From NCBI GenBank assembly GCA_035272245.1, contig DATEQW010000071.1, positions 42 through 64,041 of the forward strand: 64,000 bases of DNA. Reading direction: 5' to 3'. Positions 37,077-46,873 of this stretch are shown one piece after another (position 1 is the first letter of the stretch; every line of letters starts with the position of its first letter). Source of the DNA: Candidatus Sulfotelmatobacter sp. (GTDB lineage: Bacteria > Acidobacteriota > Terriglobia > Terriglobales > Acidobacteriaceae). The notes below the pieces were generated by a model, which was not told the origin of the DNA, did no database searches, and saw only the letters and a list, made by a program, of their open reading frames with translations. The translations under genes were made by a program, and so were the position numbers.

Positions 37077-40000
37077 ATGAAATCGCTCCAAGGCAGGTTC
37101 GGCACAATGATTGTTGTTGTTCTTGTCTTTCTGGGGTTGGGCCTTGCCCAAAACTCGCTGGCACAGACGGTGTCGGTCTCACCGGGCGACCTTTCTTTCG
37201 GGATCCCAACCGGAACGCCACCCCCACTGGCCATTACAGATCTGGTCACTGTAAACGTCACCGGGACCGGACAAGCCACGCTGAGTAATTTCGCGATTAC
37301 TGGCGGCCCGTATGCGAGTGATTTCACATTCAACGGTAACACCTGCTTAACTCCGCAAACCGCCCCCACTACCTGCCAGATTGGAGTACAGTTCACCTCC
37401 ACGCAACCAGCGGGAACCTTGGAAACAGCAACCCTTAGCTTTAATTCCTCCACGCAAACCAGCTTGATTACTGTTCCGCTGAATGGTGCATACGGCGCTA
37501 TCAAGCTTTTTGGTCCTATCGACGTCGATCGCTCCCTCATTTCCTACGTAACGTGGACCCAGAACCCACCCTCAGCGGGCTACACCGTGCAAAGCGCGAA
37601 CATTAATCTGTCGTGTCCGGCTGGCGTTACTGCGTCTCTATCTTCAACACCCGACGGGTCAGGAAACGTTTTCCAGGACAACACCATTCAGTTTGCCGAT
37701 ACCCTTGGAGCATCCACAACGACCACCACAGATGTTTGCACAGGTGGGGACAACGACTTCGACGGATTCACAGGTTATCCTGCCGGGGCATCGAACTGTT
37801 TCAAGTTTCCTTATGAGAATGCAGCGAGCAACTACGTCGGACAGAATCCGGACCTCGCTACCTACCCACAAACCGGCGGTCCGCTAGGCAGCTTTATTGC
37901 GACATACGGCGTAAGCCCGGTCAACGTTTCCAGCCTGCTCACGCCTGGAACTCCGAGCACGAACCAACTTCAGTCCGTAACTGTGCAGCTGCAGGATGCG
38001 GGTGGCTATCTGGGCGCGGCCACACTTCACCTGGTTACCAGTTGCAGCCCGGCGGGAATAACACCTGGAGGCACGATCACCGGGAATCCCATCACGCCGA
38101 ACGATCCTTCATCCTTGACGCAGACCTATGCCTTTGCCAACTCTCCGGGCCAGAACATCTCGTTGATCGATAGCACCACGCAGAACCCTCCTCCTACGGG
38201 AACAGTGCCGGCCGTTACTGATATCGGCGTGCCCCAGTCTCTCTTCTCTCAGCTCGTCGCTGGCACGTCGGCCGCCCCTGCCGTTTGTTTGCGCATGTCC
38301 GGTGAACTGGATTCTCTTGGCAATCCAATGTGCAAAGGCTTCCTGATCCAGTGCACCGCCTCGGGATCCACGAGCGGAAGCAATTGCGATCCTGCGATCG
38401 CGGGCATGTCGAGAAGTCTTTTTGACGCCGTCCAGTTTGCCTCGCCGGACGCCCCGACTAACGGGCTTAACTTCCTGTACGGTCCGGTGGGAACTCCTCC
38501 TGCGGATGCTTGCAGCAACGCGTTGAGTGCAGTGTCGGGTGCTGCTTGCGCATCGAACACTGGGCCGGGCATGTTGATGGGAAGTGACAACTGGCTGTGT
38601 GCGCCCGGACAGAGCGCGCCCTGTACTCCGCTCGAGCCCAATACTTCGACGACTGGAACAGTTTACTCGGCCAGCAATTGCCAACTGACAGGCAGTGTAG
38701 CGGGCGACTTGTGCCCGCTCGACACCCTGACTCAGTTCATGGGAGCGGCAGATCCGTCGCATGGTGGCACGACCGCCGGCAAGAACTCATTGCTCATCCC
38801 AGTCGTGAATATGCCACTACCCTCCACGGCAATAACGAACGCGACGTATCAAGCGAACGGCTGGGTACCTGCGCCCAGTTCTACCGCCCAACTTACCTTC
38901 ACCGCGAACCCGGCAAGCTATAGTCCGTCGACAGCAAATCCACCGTCCAACACCTTCGTCGCGGCGTCGGCGTACAGTGTGACGTACGGCATCACTCCAG
39001 CGAATATGCCGTTGCCCGATACTACCTATCCGGTTTCGGGAGATATAACCCTGTTTAATTCGACCGCGAATCCAAATTTTGGCGACCCGCTATGCTCGAC
39101 GTCGACCACAAGTTCCTTTTCTCCGCCGACCGTCAGCATAACTCCTCCACAAGACGGTATTTACAACCTGCACTACTTCACGACGGATTGCGCTCTGACC
39201 GAAGAACTAATCTTCAATCCGCAGGGTTCGCAACTTACGGATCCAACTGCGAACTGGGCGTCGTTCCGCTTTGTGACCTTCGGCGTTGACACTGTAGCTC
39301 CCACTTTTTCCTGCAACTCACCGAACACTGGCGTCTGGTACAACACGAACCAAACGGCAACATGCACGGTAACGGATCAAGACTATGTTGCCAACGTATC
39401 GGGATCCGGATTCTTACCGCTGACCACCGGCATCCAGGGTAGCCAGACTGAAACCGTCAACGTTTCCACCAATGTGGCAGCTGGCACCATCAATTCGGCA
39501 GCCCCTACCAATTCTCCGCAGGCGTGCGATTTGGCTGGCAACTGCGTTACCGTTTCTGCAGGTCCGTTCAAAATCGACTTGCAGCCTCCAACTATCACTG
39601 GACCCACCGTGAGCTCCGCTGGACCTTATTATGTGAACGGACCGCCCGTCACCGTGACGTTTAGCTGCTCCGATGGAGCGGGGTCCGGCATCGCCAGTTG
39701 CACTGCCACTGATGCGCTCTCGGGAGGCGGTACCACCAGTATCTCTAGCGGCGGAACAATCAGCGCCTCGGTCGCAGGAACTTACACAATTACCGTGACC
39801 GCCGTCGACAACGCCGGAAATCAAACCAGCTCTTACGTGATCTATAAAGTTGTTCCTGCGAGCACTACCACACTGACTTCTTCCCTCAATCCTTCGCCGT
39901 ACGGCAAGTGGGTAACCTTCACTGCAACCGTCACTTCATCCTCAGGAACACCCACAGGTACGGTTGAATTCCTCAACGGAACAACGGTGCTGAAGACCGT

Positions 40001-40712
40001 GCCCCTGAAATCGGGTTCTGCCCAATACCTCACGTCTCAACTGCCTCAAGGCTCGAATTCGATGACTGCAGTCTACGGCGGCGATTCCAATAACAGCTCC
40101 AGCACCTCACCCGTCTTGATCCAAGTTGTGCAGGCACCTACCACGATTACGCTCGGTTCTTCGCTAAATCCTTCCGTTTACTACCAGACTGTGACATTCA
40201 CCGCGATCGTCACTTCCACCATCGGTGCTCCACCGGATGGTGAACTTGTCACCTTCAAGCAAGGCACCACCGTGTTGGCAACAGGAGCACTGAGCAGCGG
40301 CACGGCCACGTTTTCTACTCTCGCGCTTCCTGCCGGCGACGATAAGATCACGGCGGTTTACGGCGGGGATGAGTACTTCCTCCGCAGCCAGTCAGAGGCC
40401 TTGGGTCAGGTCGTCGCGGCTGCTTCCACCACAACCGTGCTGGTTTCCTCACAGGATCCATCCAGCTACGGGCAGTCTGTGACTTTTACCGCGACTGTGA
40501 CACCACAGTTCGGCGGCACAGTACCCGGGAACGTTACTTTTATGGATGGAACGAAACAGTTGAAAGTCGTTCCGCTGAGCGGTGGGGTCGCAAGCTACAC
40601 AACCTCGAAGCTTGTCTCCGGCACACACAACATTAGCGCAACCTACTACAGCTACAACGGTAATAGGGACTTCGCAGGTAGCTCGGCATCGCTCACGCAG
40701 ACCGTGCATTAA
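37077..40712 (+). CDS. Large secreted surface protein: choice-of-anchor-D/HYDIN-like N-terminal domain, long Thr/Ser/Pro-rich region, three C-terminal Ig-like repeats
   Basis: GAAGGAG precedes the ATG at 37077. Signal peptide MKSLQGRFGTMIVVVLVFLGLGLAQNSLAQ. The ORF extension back to 36780 has no signal peptide or ribosome-binding site. Confidence 0.8.
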   Translation: MKSLQGRFGTMIVVVLVFLGLGLAQNSLAQTVSVSPGDLSFGIPTGTPPPLAITDLVTVNVTGTGQATLSNFAITGGPYASDFTFNGNTCLTPQTAPTTCQIGVQFTSTQPAGTLETATLSFNSSTQTSLITVPLNGAYGAIKLFGPIDVDRSLISYVTWTQNPPSAGYTVQSANINLSCPAGVTASLSSTPDGSGNVFQDNTIQFADTLGASTTTTTDVCTGGDNDFDGFTGYPAGASNCFKFPYENAASNYVGQNPDLATYPQTGGPLGSFIATYGVSPVNVSSLLTPGTPSTNQLQSVTVQLQDAGGYLGAATLHLVTSCSPAGITPGGTITGNPITPNDPSSLTQTYAFANSPGQNISLIDSTTQNPPPTGTVPAVTDIGVPQSLFSQLVAGTSAAPAVCLRMSGELDSLGNPMCKGFLIQCTASGSTSGSNCDPAIAGMSRSLFDAVQFASPDAPTNGLNFLYGPVGTPPADACSNALSAVSGAACASNTGPGMLMGSDNWLCAPGQSAPCTPLEPNTSTTGTVYSASNCQLTGSVAGDLCPLDTLTQFMGAADPSHGGTTAGKNSLLIPVVNMPLPSTAITNATYQANGWVPAPSSTAQLTFTANPASYSPSTANPPSNTFVAASAYSVTYGITPANMPLPDTTYPVSGDITLFNSTANPNFGDPLCSTSTTSSFSPPTVSITPPQDGIYNLHYFTTDCALTEELIFNPQGSQLTDPTANWASFRFVTFGVDTVAPTFSCNSPNTGVWYNTNQTATCTVTDQDYVANVSGSGFLPLTTGIQGSQTETVNVSTNVAAGTINSAAPTNSPQACDLAGNCVTVSAGPFKIDLQPPTITGPTVSSAGPYYVNGPPVTVTFSCSDGAGSGIASCTATDALSGGGTTSISSGGTISASVAGTYTITVTAVDNAGNQTSSYVIYKVVPASTTTLTSSLNPSPYGKWVTFTATVTSSSGTPTGTVEFLNGTTVLKTVPLKSGSAQYLTSQLPQGSNSMTAVYGGDSNNSSSTSPVLIQVVQAPTTITLGSSLNPSVYYQTVTFTAIVTSTIGAPPDGELVTFKQGTTVLATGALSSGTATFSTLALPAGDDKITAVYGGDEYFLRSQSEALGQVVAAASTTTVLVSSQDPSSYGQSVTFTATVTPQFGGTVPGNVTFMDGTKQLKVVPLSGGVASYTTSKLVSGTHNISATYYSYNGNRDFAGSSASLTQTVH
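39858..40709 (+). repeat. Three tandem Ig-like domain repeats of about 95 aa (protein-level repeat)
   Basis: The pattern S(S/L)NPS.YG..VTFTA.VT...G.P.G.V.F..GT..L....L..G.A......L..G...I.A.Y.GD recurs three times. Confidence 0.75.
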
Positions 40713-40792
40713 AGAAATCTGTCTGAGTAGGGATGGTGGAGATAGTCACCGCCTCGAATATTGTCGACGAATCGCGGTGAAGAGGACCGGCC

Positions 40793-43700
40793 TTACTTGG
40801 TCGCGCCGGCAATGGGGCCAGATTCGGTGTACATGGCATGGAGGTCGGAGCGATCCAGTAGATGCTCCGCGCCTGGATCCTTCCGGAGTTCTTCGAAAAT
40901 GTCGCGACCCAACTGATACTGGTGGGGCGCGTCGTCAGCATTTCCGCCAAGTCGGAGGGTGTCTCCGAGGAAATAATGAATTCGCGCAGTTTCCAGGCGC
41001 AGGCCCAGTTTCTCACTGCTACCAAGAGCATTCTCCAGTTCCTGACGAGCGTGCAGATAGTCCTTGCTCTTGATCATCGCTTCCCCCAGGTCAACGCGAC
41101 TGCGGAGCCAATAATATTTCAGGTGAAGAGTGTCAGCTTGCTGGATAGCGGCGCGTAATTCGCTGATGGCGGACTGCGAACGCCCATCGGCAATCGCAAC
41201 CCGGGCCAGATTCATCTTGGCGATCAAGATGTTTTGACGATCCTTCGTTTTCGCGGCGGCCAAGGCAGCCTGTTCGTAAGCGCCGCGTGCCGACTTCAAA
41301 TCTCCCCGGTAGTAGGCCGTGTCTCCCCGGGTGTTCAGAAGTTGACTGCGAACGCTTTCGGTCTTGAGCTCGCCAGCGAGTTTGTTGGCTTCGTCCAAAG
41401 GTTTGCCGGATTCGTCCCCATGGCCGGCCAGGGCCAAAGTTTCTGCAAGGTTATTCAAAGAGTCGGCCAGCTCAAAGCTCTGGTTGTTGGTGGAGCGAAA
41501 GCCGTTAACCGAATCCTGCATGGCGCTGACAGCAGCTCCCAGGCGTCCCTGGTACATTAAAACTTTGCCGATGGAACCGGACACGTTCGCTGCATCCCTG
41601 GCGTCATTTGCCTTGCGCGCGACATCCAGCGCATTCATCATGTTCGCCAGCCCTTGATCGTAATCGCCCATGGCTGTGTACACTTCGCCAAGAGCGGCAA
41701 GGGTTTCCGCAAGGTAGATCGGTTCGTTCAGCTTTTGCCGCAGTTGAAGGGATTGCTGGTAATAGATCAGCGCGTTGTCGGTATCGTATTTCGAGAAATA
41801 TACGTCACCGATATTGCTGAGGCACAAGGCCTGGTAGTTAACATCGTTCGCGTCGCGCTGGATTTGCAACGCCTCCTTATAGTCCTGAAGCGCTTTGTCA
41901 TAGTCGCCGCGCGTCTGGTAAAGAACGCCACGATTGATCAGGATATCGCCGTAATCCTTAGTCACCCCAGTCTCGTGCAGAATTTGCAGCGCCTGGTTGT
42001 AACTGGCCGTCGCCGCGTCGGGCTTACCGAGCGTGATCTGATCCTGTGCCAACTCAGAAAGGCTATTCGCCAGCAAGCGCTTCATGCCCAGCTTGCGGCT
42101 AATCTCCATCGAGTCCTGGATGTTACGGATCGCTTCGTCCGGCTTGTCCATCTCACGATAAGAAATGCCCAGCGATTGCAAGATCAGCGCCTTCTGCTCC
42201 GGGTTATCCACCTGCACCGCCAAGCTTAAACCCTTGCTAAGTGGCTCCAAGGCCGCCTGCGGATTTCCTGATAGGAATTCCACGCTGCCAATCTGCCACA
42301 ACGCTTTGATGTTCTTGGGATCCGCTTTCAGAATGCTTGCGAACTGGGCACGCGCTTTGTCGAAATCGCCATTGTCCGCATAGAGGCTTCCCAGGGTATA
42401 CTCCACGTCCGTGTTATCAGGGAAAGTCTTGGCCAGATTTTCGTAAGCTTCGATGGCCTTCTTGTTATCTTTCATGACGTGCGCGTGGTTGGCTTCGATA
42501 AGGTATTTTTCCGCCAAAGGAAGTTGCTGGCTGAGTTCGAGAGCCTTCCTTGAATACTGTTCCGCCTGAGTGTCGTATCCAAGAGCCGACTCGGCTTCGG
42601 CGAGCCGGGAATACGCCATGGCAAACTGGGGATCTTCCTGGATCGCGGTTTGCAGTACGTGCACGGCATCCAGGTTCTTGCCTTCGCGCAAAAGCTGCAC
42701 GCCTTGACTGAAGTCGCGGAGCGCCGGCGCAGACTTTGACGATGGCTGGAAAGAACTGGCCTTCAACTCCTTCAAGACATCCGAAGAGACGGAAAGATTC
42801 TGGCGGATAAGATCGGCCAGGCGATCGACGGAGACGGGGATTTCCTTCTCATTAGCCGCTTCGATTTTCACCGGCACACGCTGGTTGCGCTTTAAGTCCT
42901 GCAGTGTGGCGTCGATGCGAATCTGGTCTCCGAACCTGGCATATTGTCCCCAAACCACGATATCCGCGTTACTGAATTCAGCGAGGCGGCCAATCATGGT
43001 TGGATCAATAGGGGTTGCGGGATTAACGTGCAAATCCGAAAGGACTTGATGAAGCCGTTCAGGCGAGATCGTGCGCAGATGGGCGGACTGTCCTACATCG
43101 GTGCTCAGCATGTCTGCCAAACTCGGCCCCAGCCAGTCGAGACTGGTGTCTCCGGAAGCATTTCTAAAAGGCAAGATTGCCAGCGACACAGCGTGAGCTG
43201 CACCATTACCAGCCGCCGAAGGCGCAGAGAGCATGCCGCGAAACACGTAGCCCAGAATCGCCAGCACGATCACGGTACTGATGCCCGCGACCAGCGGCCA
43301 GTGAATCGTCCGTCCCCAGGGCTCGACGGCCGGCTGAAAACCCAGGGTTGCCGCAGCGCGATTGCCCTGCCATGCCTCAAGGTCCGCCAGGAGTTCGCCC
43401 GCGCTCTGATAGCGTAAGTTGGGGTCGCGCTCCAGGCACCTGCTGACAATATTGCTAAGCGTGCGTGGAATCGTCCCATCGTGATCGGAAACCGGGATGG
43501 CCCGCTCCTGGTTGCGCTTGATCAAGCTGGCCACAGCGCTCTCGGCCCGGAACGGCGTCACGCCCGTCAGCAATTCATAAAGAATCAGGCCCACGGTAAA
43601 AAGATCGGAGCGCTGGTCCAGATCTTTCGCCAGAGCCTGCTCCGGAGACATATATTCCATGGTCCCAACCAGAGCTCCGGTTTGAGTCATGCCGTCGCCT

Positions 43701-44440
43701 TGCACCGTGCGTGCCAAGCCAAAGTCCATCACCAGGATCCGGCCGGTCTGATCGCGCATGATGTTTTGCGGCTTCAGGTCGCGGTGGATCACGCCCACGC
43801 TGTGAGCGGCTTCGAGCGCGCGGCAAACTTGTTGAATGATCTCGACCGCCTCTTCTGGTGGAAATTTCTTTTTCTCCAGGATCAGACCGCGCAGGTCCTG
43901 GCCTTCGACGAACTCCATGGTTATGAACTTCACACCATCGGCGTCACCAAAATCGTAGATGCGGATCACATTTTTGTGAGTGACCTGATGCGCCAGCAAG
44001 AGTTCTTGCTTGAATCTCGCCAGAATCGAAGGATTGGCGGCCAATTGCGGCCGAATGAGCTTTAGCGCCACGGGGCGGTCTAGTTCGCGGTCCATGGCTT
44101 TATAGACCGCGCCCATTCCGCCTTCACCCAGCAGCTGCAAGATCTCGTAGCGTCCTCCCAGCACGTCGCCCGTTTGCAATACTGTCGCGCCAGCCTGAAA
44201 ACGAGCGGGGCCGCCGGATGGAGAACGCGGAGCGGGAGTTACGTCGACCTGTGTCGCGTCGGCATCCACGGGACCGCCGGGGGGAGCAGAAGACGGTTGG
44301 GGAAAATCAACTAAAGTAGCATCGGGATCAATCGCAGAATTCGAGGCAGAACTTTCTCCTTTGGTCGGAACGCTCACACCGAGCGGGTTCGTCGAATTCG
44401 CTTGATCTTGCGGATCAAAGCGCGGATTCCTGTTCTCCAT
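40793..44440 (-). CDS. Transmembrane Ser/Thr protein kinase with extracytoplasmic TolB-N-like and long TPR region
   Basis: GEGGMGAVYKA, VALK, HRDLKPQNIM, DFGLAR and MEYMSPEQ, followed by one TM segment, LAILPFRNASGD and many TPR repeats. The start at MENRNP (44440) is preferred over 44533. Confidence 0.9.
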   Translation of the reverse strand: MENRNPRFDPQDQANSTNPLGVSVPTKGESSASNSAIDPDATLVDFPQPSSAPPGGPVDADATQVDVTPAPRSPSGGPARFQAGATVLQTGDVLGGRYEILQLLGEGGMGAVYKAMDRELDRPVALKLIRPQLAANPSILARFKQELLLAHQVTHKNVIRIYDFGDADGVKFITMEFVEGQDLRGLILEKKKFPPEEAVEIIQQVCRALEAAHSVGVIHRDLKPQNIMRDQTGRILVMDFGLARTVQGDGMTQTGALVGTMEYMSPEQALAKDLDQRSDLFTVGLILYELLTGVTPFRAESAVASLIKRNQERAIPVSDHDGTIPRTLSNIVSRCLERDPNLRYQSAGELLADLEAWQGNRAAATLGFQPAVEPWGRTIHWPLVAGISTVIVLAILGYVFRGMLSAPSAAGNGAAHAVSLAILPFRNASGDTSLDWLGPSLADMLSTDVGQSAHLRTISPERLHQVLSDLHVNPATPIDPTMIGRLAEFSNADIVVWGQYARFGDQIRIDATLQDLKRNQRVPVKIEAANEKEIPVSVDRLADLIRQNLSVSSDVLKELKASSFQPSSKSAPALRDFSQGVQLLREGKNLDAVHVLQTAIQEDPQFAMAYSRLAEAESALGYDTQAEQYSRKALELSQQLPLAEKYLIEANHAHVMKDNKKAIEAYENLAKTFPDNTDVEYTLGSLYADNGDFDKARAQFASILKADPKNIKALWQIGSVEFLSGNPQAALEPLSKGLSLAVQVDNPEQKALILQSLGISYREMDKPDEAIRNIQDSMEISRKLGMKRLLANSLSELAQDQITLGKPDAATASYNQALQILHETGVTKDYGDILINRGVLYQTRGDYDKALQDYKEALQIQRDANDVNYQALCLSNIGDVYFSKYDTDNALIYYQQSLQLRQKLNEPIYLAETLAALGEVYTAMGDYDQGLANMMNALDVARKANDARDAANVSGSIGKVLMYQGRLGAAVSAMQDSVNGFRSTNNQSFELADSLNNLAETLALAGHGDESGKPLDEANKLAGELKTESVRSQLLNTRGDTAYYRGDLKSARGAYEQAALAAAKTKDRQNILIAKMNLARVAIADGRSQSAISELRAAIQQADTLHLKYYWLRSRVDLGEAMIKSKDYLHARQELENALGSSEKLGLRLETARIHYFLGDTLRLGGNADDAPHQYQLGRDIFEELRKDPGAEHLLDRSDLHAMYTESGPIAGATK

Positions 44441-44819
44441 GATTCGCCCGGGTGGGGCCAGACAAAAAGCCCCGGAGAGAGCCGCACATAACGATAATCC
44501 GGAAAGTATATACCGCCGGAGGTCCCCGCGCACGAAGAGCTTGGAGCCTAGCTGGCGGGCGAGTAGTGGGCGGTCCCTCGTGCGGCGGAGATCAATCCTG
44601 ATGGCTTGTTTGACCCTCGGGTCTAGCTGACTTGTCGTCGCGGCATACCCGAGGCGAAAATGCGGTTGCCCAAATCGCCAGGAGGTCGCGCTGTTTGGCC
44701 GGATTTTCTCATGTTATGAGCGCGCGCCCAGTCGTCCGCTGGCAGGCCGAACGAAATTTCACAGAGAATTAACACTGCCCACAATTTGGCCCGCTAATAC
44801 TAACTTCCTAGAGGTTCCC

Positions 44820-46532
44820 ATGAACACGAAGAAATTCATAGTGGCTGGAGTTGCGCTGGTGAGCACGCTAGCGTTGTCGACAAACGGAGCGGTAGCTCAA
44901 ACCAACACGGTGGGTTCAGGCAAGATCAAGCACGTGCTGCTGCTGAGCATTGACGGCATGCATGAGGCGGACTTCTACAACTGTGCGCACGGTCTCTCCG
45001 GCGTGAACGGTGGCAATCCATACTGCCCGAACATGGCAGCCTTGAGCCAGACGGCGATCAATTATGTGAACACAACCTCATCCAAACCTTCAGACTCTTT
45101 TCCCGGGATGGCGGCGCTGGCCTCTGGCGGCACTCCGAAATCGACCGGCCTTTACTACGACGTAGCCTATGACCGATCACTCGATGCTCCAGCAGAGACA
45201 ACCGGCACTGGTCTGGCTGCCGGTCCATGCGTTCCTTACGCGACTCCATTTGGCACGACGACCGACAACGATCAAGGTGTCGACATTGACGACACGAAGC
45301 TGAACGGCGGCGCGCCGGGAGCGGGACTGACGGAGGGAGGAATCGCCTCACTCGATCCAATGAAGCTGGTGCGCGATCCGCAGAACGGTTGTGCCCCGGT
45401 TTATCCCTGGAACTTCATCCGAGTCAACACCGCATTTGGTGTCATCCATGCGGCGGGCGGATATACGGCGTGGATCGACAAGCACCCGTCATACTCCTTT
45501 GTGGGTGGGCCTGGCGGCAAGGGCCTCGATGATTATTATTCGCCTGAGGTCAGCTCGACCGTGGTGCCGCTGCCCGGAGTGAAAACTTTGGAAGGCGCTT
45601 CGTGCGATCCGATCCGCGACATGGTTGGAGTCTCGGCGTGGAATGCCAGCTTCAAGAACATACAGTGCTATGACGCGATCAAGGTCTATGCTCTGCTGAA
45701 CCAGATTGCCGGGAAGACGCATTCGGGTGCTCCGGCAGTCGTGCCGGCAGTTTTCGGCATGAACTTCCAATCCGTGTACGTGGGCGAATCGGTCAATGAG
45801 GCAGGAGTCTCAGTGGGCGGCTACAAAAACGCGGCGGCCGTGCCCAGTGCGGAGTTGCTGGGGGAGATTGAATACGTTGACACCGCAATCGGCGAGATTA
45901 TCGGTGCCCTCAAGACTGCCGGCATTTACAACAACACCCTGGTCATTATCACCGCCAAGCACGGCGAGTCTCCGATCGATCCGACTCGGTACGTGGCAGA
46001 CGGTACAGATACTCCGGCGACTCTGCTAGGGGATCTCATTCCCTACTCCGAGTCGCCGCTGAACACGACGGGCATCGGCGCAACCGAAGACGATGTATCT
46101 GTGCTCTGGCTAAAAAAGGGCGTGAACGTAGACACGGCCGTGCAAATACTTGAAAGTGATGCGACCGAGATCGGGATGGGGGAAATCCTCTACGGGCCGA
46201 CACTGGCGCCGAACTACAACGTGGGCGGACTTGAGCCAGGTGAGGATCCGCGGTCACCCGACATTATCGTGACCCCGAACATCGGAGTGACGTACTCGAA
46301 CAGCACCTCGATGATTGGAGATCACGGCGGGTTCGCGCATGACGATACGAATGTCATGTTGCTGGTAGCGAATCCCGGCTTTGCGGCACAGACGGTTTCG
46401 GCCGAGAACGCGACCATCCAAGTCGCGCCGACGATCCTAAGTGCATTGGGCCTCAATCCCGCGGCGCTGCAGGCGGTGCAAATAGAAGGCACGCCGGTGC
46501 TCGCCGAAGTGGCTTCGCAACTCGCAAAATAG
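44820..46532 (+). CDS. Secreted alkaline-phosphatase-superfamily enzyme, nucleotide pyrophosphatase/phosphodiesterase (NPP) type
   Basis: Signal peptide ...NGAVAQ, metal-site region VLLLSIDGMHEADF, and ITAKHGESP plus GDHGGFAHDD. Confidence 0.8.
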   Translation: MNTKKFIVAGVALVSTLALSTNGAVAQTNTVGSGKIKHVLLLSIDGMHEADFYNCAHGLSGVNGGNPYCPNMAALSQTAINYVNTTSSKPSDSFPGMAALASGGTPKSTGLYYDVAYDRSLDAPAETTGTGLAAGPCVPYATPFGTTTDNDQGVDIDDTKLNGGAPGAGLTEGGIASLDPMKLVRDPQNGCAPVYPWNFIRVNTAFGVIHAAGGYTAWIDKHPSYSFVGGPGGKGLDDYYSPEVSSTVVPLPGVKTLEGASCDPIRDMVGVSAWNASFKNIQCYDAIKVYALLNQIAGKTHSGAPAVVPAVFGMNFQSVYVGESVNEAGVSVGGYKNAAAVPSAELLGEIEYVDTAIGEIIGALKTAGIYNNTLVIITAKHGESPIDPTRYVADGTDTPATLLGDLIPYSESPLNTTGIGATEDDVSVLWLKKGVNVDTAVQILESDATEIGMGEILYGPTLAPNYNVGGLEPGEDPRSPDIIVTPNIGVTYSNSTSMIGDHGGFAHDDTNVMLLVANPGFAAQTVSAENATIQVAPTILSALGLNPAALQAVQIEGTPVLAEVASQLAK

Positions 46533-46561
46533 CTGTTCGTTCGTAGAAACCAACCGTGGTG

Positions 46562-46595
46562 AGAGGAGCCGACAAACGGCTCCTCTTAATTTTTC
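46562..46595 (+). terminator. Rho-independent terminator
   Basis: Stem AGAGGAGCCG/CGGCTCCTCT with loop ACAAA, followed by TAATTTTTC. It lies 30 nt after the stop at 46532. Confidence 0.65.
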
Positions 46596-46873
46596 TGGCT
46601 TTAGTAAGTCAAAAATCGCGCGATCAACAGAGCGCTGAACTTCGAAAGGCCAACTGCGCTTGGTGGCTTCAGGGAAAAGAAGGCAAACATGAGCCTGCGA
46701 TAAAGCAAAGTCCGCTCTCTCCAGTTCGGTTCTTCCGAGAAGAATAACGAAATGCGGGGGCCTTCAGTACACGTGTCGGTCTCATGCGCGAGATTACGAG
46801 ATTGTAATCCCCGCGTCATCTTAAGGTCTCCTTCACGCCGCTAGGCTAGGAGCGATCCTAGGAGGATCAGCCT

